NCBI GenBank assembly: GCA_040218735.1 | Contig: JAVJQW010000021.1 | Location: 27,629-91,628 of the forward strand | Length of the DNA stretch: 64,000 nt | Source: Deltaproteobacteria bacterium | GTDB taxonomy: Bacteria > Myxococcota > Kuafuiibacteriia > Kuafuiibacteriales > Kuafuiibacteriaceae | Direction: 5' to 3' | In this document: piece after piece, positions 58,706-64,000 of the stretch | Numbering within the stretch: position 1 is the stretch's first letter | How the letters are laid out: each line of letters begins with the position of its first letter | Position numbers and translations under genes: made by a program | Notes under the pieces: generated by a model | What the model saw: the letters and a program-made list of their open reading frames with translations, nothing else | Told to the model about the DNA's origin: nothing | Databases searched by the model: none

Positions 58706-60892
58706 GTGCGCAAGGTGGCGATCGGCCTGCTGGTGTTGGCGACGGGGTGCGGGGACGAACCGGTCGAGTCCGGGCCGGACCCCGTGGCCGAAGTGGACGT
58801 GTTCATCGGCACCGGAGGCATCGGCTTCGGGGTGGGCTCCATCCCGCCGGGGCCGACGCACCCCTACGGGCTCGCAAAACCCGGCCCCGAGACCGCGACC
58901 AACGGGGGGGACCCCGGCTTCTCCCACTGCGCCGGCTACTGGTGGGAGGACGACGAAATCCTCTCCTTCGCCCAGATCCACCTCGCGGGCACCGGCGTCC
59001 CCGACTACGGCGTGCTGCGCGTGATGCCGGCGTTGGATCTGCCGGAGCGGGTCCGCGAATCCGACTACCGCGCCGAGCTTCAGCACGGCGCCGAGCGCGC
59101 GGAGCTCGGGCGTTACCGCGTGCGCCTCGCGCCGAGCGGGATCGACGTCGAGATCGCCGCGACGCCGCGCACCTCGCTGTACCGGTTCTCGTACCCCGAG
59201 GGGGGGCGCCGGGAGCTGGTCGTCGATCTGTCGCGCGGCATCGCGCAGGGCGAGACCTTCGACGCCGAGCTGACGGTCGTCGACGCGAAGACGCTGTCGG
59301 GGTGGATCCACCACGCGGGCATGTTGAGCGGCGGCTTCGGCGGGTGGCGGTTGTACTTCGAGCTGCGCTTCGATCGCGACTTCACGATCGAGTGGTTGGA
59401 GGCGGGCGCGCGGAGCCCGGCGAGCGGCACGCTCACCTCCGCGGGCGCGGGCGCGGTGCTCACCTTCGCGGACGGCACGACCGAGGTGCGCACGCAGATC
59501 GGTCTGTCGTTCGTCGACGCCGCGACGGCGCGCGCGAACCTCGACGCGGAGTGGGTGGCGTTCGACCTCGACCGCGCGGTGCAGGAGACGCAGGCGGCGT
59601 GGCGGCCGTTGCTGTCCCGCATCGAGGTGAAGGGCGGGGAGCCGGCGGCGCGCGAGATGTTCTACTCGGCGCTCTACCACGCGCAGATGATGCCGACGTC
59701 GTTGACGGAGACCGGCGGCAAGTACCGCGGCATCGACGGTGAGGTCCGCACGGCGGACGGCTTCGTCTACTACTCGGACTTTTCGCTGTGGGACACGTTC
59801 CGGACGCTGCACCCGCTGCTCACGCTCGTGTACCCGGAGTACCAGCGCGACATGAACGCTTCGATGGAAGCGATGACGATCGCGAGCGGGTCGGTGCCGA
59901 AGTGGCCGCTCGCGACCGGCGAGTCCAACACGATGATCGGCTACCACGGTGAGTCGGTCTTCGTGGATTCGATCACCAAGGGTGTGGGCGGCTTCGACGA
60001 AGACGCGATGTACGCGACGCTGGAGGCGGCGGCGATGGCGCGGCAAGACAGCTTGCGCAAGCGAGATTGCAGCGCGCCGTACCTCGAGCGCGGTTGGTGC
60101 GGCGCCGACGAAGAGGGGCGCTCCGCGAGCAAGACGCTGGAGAATGCCTTCTCGGACTTCCTGCTCGCGCGTTACGCCGAGCACCTGGGCGAGGACGCGG
60201 CGCCGTTCGACGCCCGCGCGGACAACTGGATGAAGGTGTTCGACGCGGACGTCGGCTTCGTGCACGGGCGCAACGCGGACGGCGCGTTCCTCCCGGACTT
60301 CGACGACGAAGCGTTCTCGGACGACTTCGTCGAGGGCAACGCGCGGCAGTGGACGATGTTCGTGCCGCACGACCCGGTCGGGTTGGACGCCGCGATGAGC
60401 GACGGGCTCGTGGCGTGGCTCTCGGGGATCTTCGAGGCGTCGGCGGCGGCGGAGCCGACCCTCCTCCCGGACCTGTGGTACTGGCACGGCAACGAGCCCG
60501 ACATCCACGCGGCGTACATGTTCGCGGAGGTCGGGCGCCCGGATCTCACCGCGCAGTGGGTCGATTGGATTCGCCGCACGCGCTACACCGACGGACCCGA
60601 CGGGCTCGACGGCAACGACGACGGCGGGACACTGTCGGCCTGGTACGTCTTCAGCGCGCTCGGCTTCTATCCGAAGGTCGGTGAGGCGCGTTACGTGATC
60701 GGGACGCCGCTGTTCCCGGAGGTCGTGGTGCGGCTCGGCGACGCGACGTTGACCGTGCGCGCCGAGAACTGGGCGGCCGGCAAGTACGCTGTGGACAAGG
60801 TCACGTTCGACGGCGTGACGGTCGACGGTCCGTACCTGGATCACACACAACTCGCCGCGGGCGGCGAGCTCGTCTTTCACATGGCCGACTGA
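58706..60892 (+). CDS. Glycoside hydrolase family 92 (alpha-1,2-mannosidase-like) lipoprotein
   Basis: VAIGLLVLATGCGD lipobox; GH92 length and conserved blocks. Confidence 0.75.
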   Translation: MRKVAIGLLVLATGCGDEPVESGPDPVAEVDVFIGTGGIGFGVGSIPPGPTHPYGLAKPGPETATNGGDPGFSHCAGYWWEDDEILSFAQIHLAGTGVPDYGVLRVMPALDLPERVRESDYRAELQHGAERAELGRYRVRLAPSGIDVEIAATPRTSLYRFSYPEGGRRELVVDLSRGIAQGETFDAELTVVDAKTLSGWIHHAGMLSGGFGGWRLYFELRFDRDFTIEWLEAGARSPASGTLTSAGAGAVLTFADGTTEVRTQIGLSFVDAATARANLDAEWVAFDLDRAVQETQAAWRPLLSRIEVKGGEPAAREMFYSALYHAQMMPTSLTETGGKYRGIDGEVRTADGFVYYSDFSLWDTFRTLHPLLTLVYPEYQRDMNASMEAMTIASGSVPKWPLATGESNTMIGYHGESVFVDSITKGVGGFDEDAMYATLEAAAMARQDSLRKRDCSAPYLERGWCGADEEGRSASKTLENAFSDFLLARYAEHLGEDAAPFDARADNWMKVFDADVGFVHGRNADGAFLPDFDDEAFSDDFVEGNARQWTMFVPHDPVGLDAAMSDGLVAWLSGIFEASAAAEPTLLPDLWYWHGNEPDIHAAYMFAEVGRPDLTAQWVDWIRRTRYTDGPDGLDGNDDGGTLSAWYVFSALGFYPKVGEARYVIGTPLFPEVVVRLGDATLTVRAENWAAGKYAVDKVTFDGVTVDGPYLDHTQLAAGGELVFHMAD

Positions 60893-61002
60893 CGCAGGTG
60901 ACTCGTGCACGGCGCGCACGTGCGCGCACGTGTTTCGAGGGCGCGAAGCGCGCGACGACGCACGCGCGGTGTTTGGCACCGCGCTTGCGAAGTCCTGTGC
61001 GC

Positions 61003-62364
61003 ATGAAGATCGACAACGAACGGAACTCACTACGACGCACCGTCGGCATCGGCGCGCCCATGCCCGCGCGTCCGCGCGCTCGCGCCGCCGTGGCGCCTCG
61101 GCCGCTCCAGGAGGTGCGCCTGACGGAGCTCGGTCATTCGTTTCAAGAGAACATGGCGCCGCTCGCGACGAAGGTCCTCGACGCTTCGTCGCTGGTGCGG
61201 TTCCAGACCAACGTGGGGGGCCTCGCGAGCCCGCCGCCGCCGTCCGGTACGCCGGGTAACGGGCTGCCGCCGCCTCCCGCGAGCCAGGCCGACGCCTTCG
61301 CGAACCTCCAGGAGCTCGCAGCGGACGCGGAGCCCCTGCCGGACCTCGACATCGACCAGGCGGACGTCGATGCCGTGAACGACCAACTCGAGATCGCGCG
61401 CGCGGCGACCGAGGCGGGGGACTACGCGACGGCGCTCGCGGCTTACGAAGCGTTGGGTTTGCCGGTCGAGGACACCGCCAACCTCACCGACGAGGAGCTC
61501 GCGACCCTGGTCCTCCTCGGCCTCGCCGAGGTCGACGTAGACAACGGCACGTACGAGTTCGACGACTACGATGCCACGTATCAGGAGCTACAGGGCCTCG
61601 CGCTGAATGCGCAGCTGATGGTGGCGATGGCGAACGCCGGCGTCACGCCCTCCGAGAACCCGCCGACCCAAGCCGAGGCGCAGCTCTACATGGAGTCGCT
61701 GGTCGCAGCTGGCGCTTCGACCGAGGAGCTGTTCGCGGCGGCGAGCGCCTTCGTCGAGGGGACCGTCGTGCTCTACAACCACGCCGGAATGACCGGTGAA
61801 CCCGCGTACGGTGCGGACACGCCGCGCTACGTCCTCATGGACGGCGACCAACGCCACGAGTTCGCGGACGAAGCTGACGCGCTCGCGATGGCGAAGGAGC
61901 TGGACGTCCACTACGTGAAGAGCGAGTCGACGTTGCCCGACAGCTGGGACGATGCCTACAGCCTGGACACGAGCGGCGCCCGCCACATCGGAGACTGCGA
62001 AAACACGCTGTACCTCATGAACCAGCTCCTCTCGTACGCCGGATTCGAAGATGTTGGGTCGGCGATGATCAGTGGAGGCGACGACGTGATCGCGCACATG
62101 GTCGGGATCTACCGCGACGGAGAGGACTACTACGTCACCTCCAACGCCGACTTCGCGCGGGTCAACTCCAGCACGACCAACGTCACGAACGCCAGCATCG
62201 AGAAGGCGGTCAAAGCGGCCGCCGTCGACGTCTACGGAACGAGCTTTGGCCTCACCTTCACGTACGCCAAGCAGCCGAGCGGCGCCGCGGGCGACCCAGG
62301 GGTGGAGAGCATGCGCCGCGCTCAGGAGTACGCGACGCTCGGGTACGAAGAGGAGCTGCTGTAA
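61003..62364 (+). CDS. Hypothetical acidic protein (no recognisable domain)
   Basis: 453-aa ORF with coding-like codon usage. Confidence 0.4.
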   Translation: MKIDNERNSLRRTVGIGAPMPARPRARAAVAPRPLQEVRLTELGHSFQENMAPLATKVLDASSLVRFQTNVGGLASPPPPSGTPGNGLPPPPASQADAFANLQELAADAEPLPDLDIDQADVDAVNDQLEIARAATEAGDYATALAAYEALGLPVEDTANLTDEELATLVLLGLAEVDVDNGTYEFDDYDATYQELQGLALNAQLMVAMANAGVTPSENPPTQAEAQLYMESLVAAGASTEELFAAASAFVEGTVVLYNHAGMTGEPAYGADTPRYVLMDGDQRHEFADEADALAMAKELDVHYVKSESTLPDSWDDAYSLDTSGARHIGDCENTLYLMNQLLSYAGFEDVGSAMISGGDDVIAHMVGIYRDGEDYYVTSNADFARVNSSTTNVTNASIEKAVKAAAVDVYGTSFGLTFTYAKQPSGAAGDPGVESMRRAQEYATLGYEEELL

Positions 62365-62529
62365 CCGGCGCCCTCGGGTCGCAGGTCAGCCCCTGCGCGA
62401 CGACATCGTCTCCCGATGAACGACATAACGCCGTGATCTCGATAACTTAGCAACTTCTGACGCGAACCTCCGATAACCTGAGACGAACGCGCCAGGAAGG
62501 TGCGTCCGAGACGACACAGGAGGTGTTGC

Positions 62530-63684
62530 ATGGTCACGGTTTCTCGCACGTCGCCCGAGGCGCCGCGGGTCGAAAGCCCGCGCGTCGAGGAGACGGAGCC
62601 CACCCCCCGTATCACCACGCAGACGGAAGACACACCCGTCGAACAACCCGACGCGACCTTCGGTCGGGTCGACATCGATCGGTCCGAGTTCACGGCCGAG
62701 CCGGACGACGTCGAAGCCGACGATGCGTTGTTCGATCAGATCGACGCGTCCCGCGTGCAAGCTCAGTTGACGACGGGAGACCTCGACCGTCGACCCATCG
62801 CCGCGCGCATGACCGGTGACGGCGGCAAGGCCAACCCGAAGGCCAACCTACGCGCGAGCCCGGCGGCGCAAGCCGCCGCCGCCGAGGCCGATCCGATCGC
62901 TCAGCCCGAGCCGCGGGATCAGCACGCGGACGCGCCGACCGCGCCAGCCGAGGGTGACCTCTTCGTCGATGGCATCGACGAGGAGGACGTCGAGCAGGGC
63001 GCGATCGCCGACTGCTACTTCGCGTCGTCGATGTCGGCGGTCGCGCAGGACCACCCCGAGCTGATCCGAGACGCGATCACCGACAACGGCGACGGCACCT
63101 ACCGCGTTCGTTTCTTCAACGACGACGGCGACCCCGAGTACGTCACCGTCGACGACGAGCTCTACCGCAACGATGCGGGCGGCGTCCTCTACGGGCGAGG
63201 CACGGACGACAGCGAGCTGTGGCCGGCGATCCTCGAGAAGGGCTACGCCCAGTGGCGCGGCGGCTACGACGACATCGGCGAAGGCGGCAACTCCGGCGAC
63301 GCGCTCCGCGCGCTGACCGGGCGCGGCGTCACGTACACGCGCGCCAACGGCGACGCCGACGCGTTGTTCGAAACACTCCGCGACGGCGCCGACGCGGACC
63401 GCCCGATGGTCGCCGGCACCTACGGCGAGGAGAAGGAGAAGAAGTACACCGACTCCGGCATCTCCACGTGGCACGCGTACACCGTGCTCGACGCCGCGGA
63501 GGGCGAGGACGGCGAGCGCTGGGTCACGCTGCGGAACCCGTGGGGGCACGCCGAGTTCGAGGCCGACTACGAGACGGACGTCGACTGGGACGGCGACGGC
63601 ACGCTCGACGGCAACGACGGCATCTTCCGCATGCGCCTCGAGGACTTCCAGCGCTACTACAAGGGCGTCCATGTGGGGCGCTGA
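62530..63684 (+). CDS. Calpain-like cysteine protease (peptidase C2) with an acidic N-terminal extension
   Basis: QGAIADCYFASSMSA (catalytic Cys), WHAYTVLD (His), LRNPWG (Asn); GGAGG RBS. Confidence 0.7.
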   Translation: MVTVSRTSPEAPRVESPRVEETEPTPRITTQTEDTPVEQPDATFGRVDIDRSEFTAEPDDVEADDALFDQIDASRVQAQLTTGDLDRRPIAARMTGDGGKANPKANLRASPAAQAAAAEADPIAQPEPRDQHADAPTAPAEGDLFVDGIDEEDVEQGAIADCYFASSMSAVAQDHPELIRDAITDNGDGTYRVRFFNDDGDPEYVTVDDELYRNDAGGVLYGRGTDDSELWPAILEKGYAQWRGGYDDIGEGGNSGDALRALTGRGVTYTRANGDADALFETLRDGADADRPMVAGTYGEEKEKKYTDSGISTWHAYTVLDAAEGEDGERWVTLRNPWGHAEFEADYETDVDWDGDGTLDGNDGIFRMRLEDFQRYYKGVHVGR

Positions 63685-63695
63685 GGTGTTGCTGA

Positions 63696-64000
63696 TGACG
63701 ATGCTCGTAGCGACACCGAAGTTCGCGACGGTGAAGAGCTCCGCGCAGCTCGCGCCGATCACCGGCGAGTCGTGTGCGTACTGGGAGTGGGCGGCCGGTA
63801 AGGAGGAGGACGGCGTGTGGAGCTATGTGGCGTCGTCACGGCACAGCCGCGAGTCGGTCGCGCTCCGGGTCGACGGCCAACGTGTCGAGGTGCCGATCCC
63901 GCAGCTCCGGCTGTATCTGAAGCCGACGAAGGTGGTGCAGGTGACGTCGCTCGACGCGCTGCCCGAACGCGCGAAGAAGGACGGCGTCCGCGCGGACGAG
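63696..64000 (+). CDS. Hypothetical protein, 5' part (runs off the window)
   Basis: Open frame starting about 10 nt after the calpain stop. Confidence 0.35.

Noticed and set aside
58307-61030. 907-aa - strand ORF
   Set aside because: Antisense to the GH92 gene; low-complexity Arg-rich translation.
1-64000. CRISPR arrays, rRNA, integrons, prophage structural genes
   Set aside because: No regularly spaced direct repeats with unique spacers, no rRNA signatures and no phage capsid, tail or integrase genes were seen. The only periodic repeats are in-frame codon repeats (40954-41300, 21780-21830).

Overview
The window is a 64 kb, ~70% GC chromosomal segment of myxobacterial type. The evidence for that assignment is a MYXO-CTERM sorting tag on the 29221-30930 protein, AgmX/PglI/TonB-C-like C-terminal domains, many Cys-lipoproteins, and Ser/Thr kinase plus FHA/sigma-54 signalling. 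About 55 protein genes are supported, most arranged in translationally coupled operons with GTGA/ATGA start-stop overlaps. 

The most notable content is:
- A truncated JAMM/JAB - small beta-grasp - minimal E1-like (ThiF/MoeB) ubiquitin-like conjugation cassette at the 5' edge (2-1372).
- Two tandem, circularly permuted tRNA-like structured RNAs immediately downstream (1471-1811). The order in each is T-arm, acceptor stem capped by a loop, D-arm, anticodon-like arm, all enclosed by a long terminal stem; the second copy ends in a U-tract. They resemble bacterial Y-RNA/YrlA tRNA mimics, but no Ro60 partner is in the window.
- A ~1.45 kb purine-skewed non-coding island with internal repeats, upstream of an MMPL transporter.
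- A CMD - flavoprotein - radical-SAM/SPASM - metallophosphoesterase operon.
- An XPB helicase - Bax1 nuclease - FHA/sigma-54 activator operon, whose activator is broken by a 13-bp tandem duplication.
- A Y1/HUH (IS200/RAYT-like) transposase inside a 1.46 kb element with a 22-bp perfect terminal inverted repeat and ~200 bp imperfect subterminal inverted repeats.
- A bacterial calpain-like protease.

No rRNA, canonical tRNA or CRISPR array was found.
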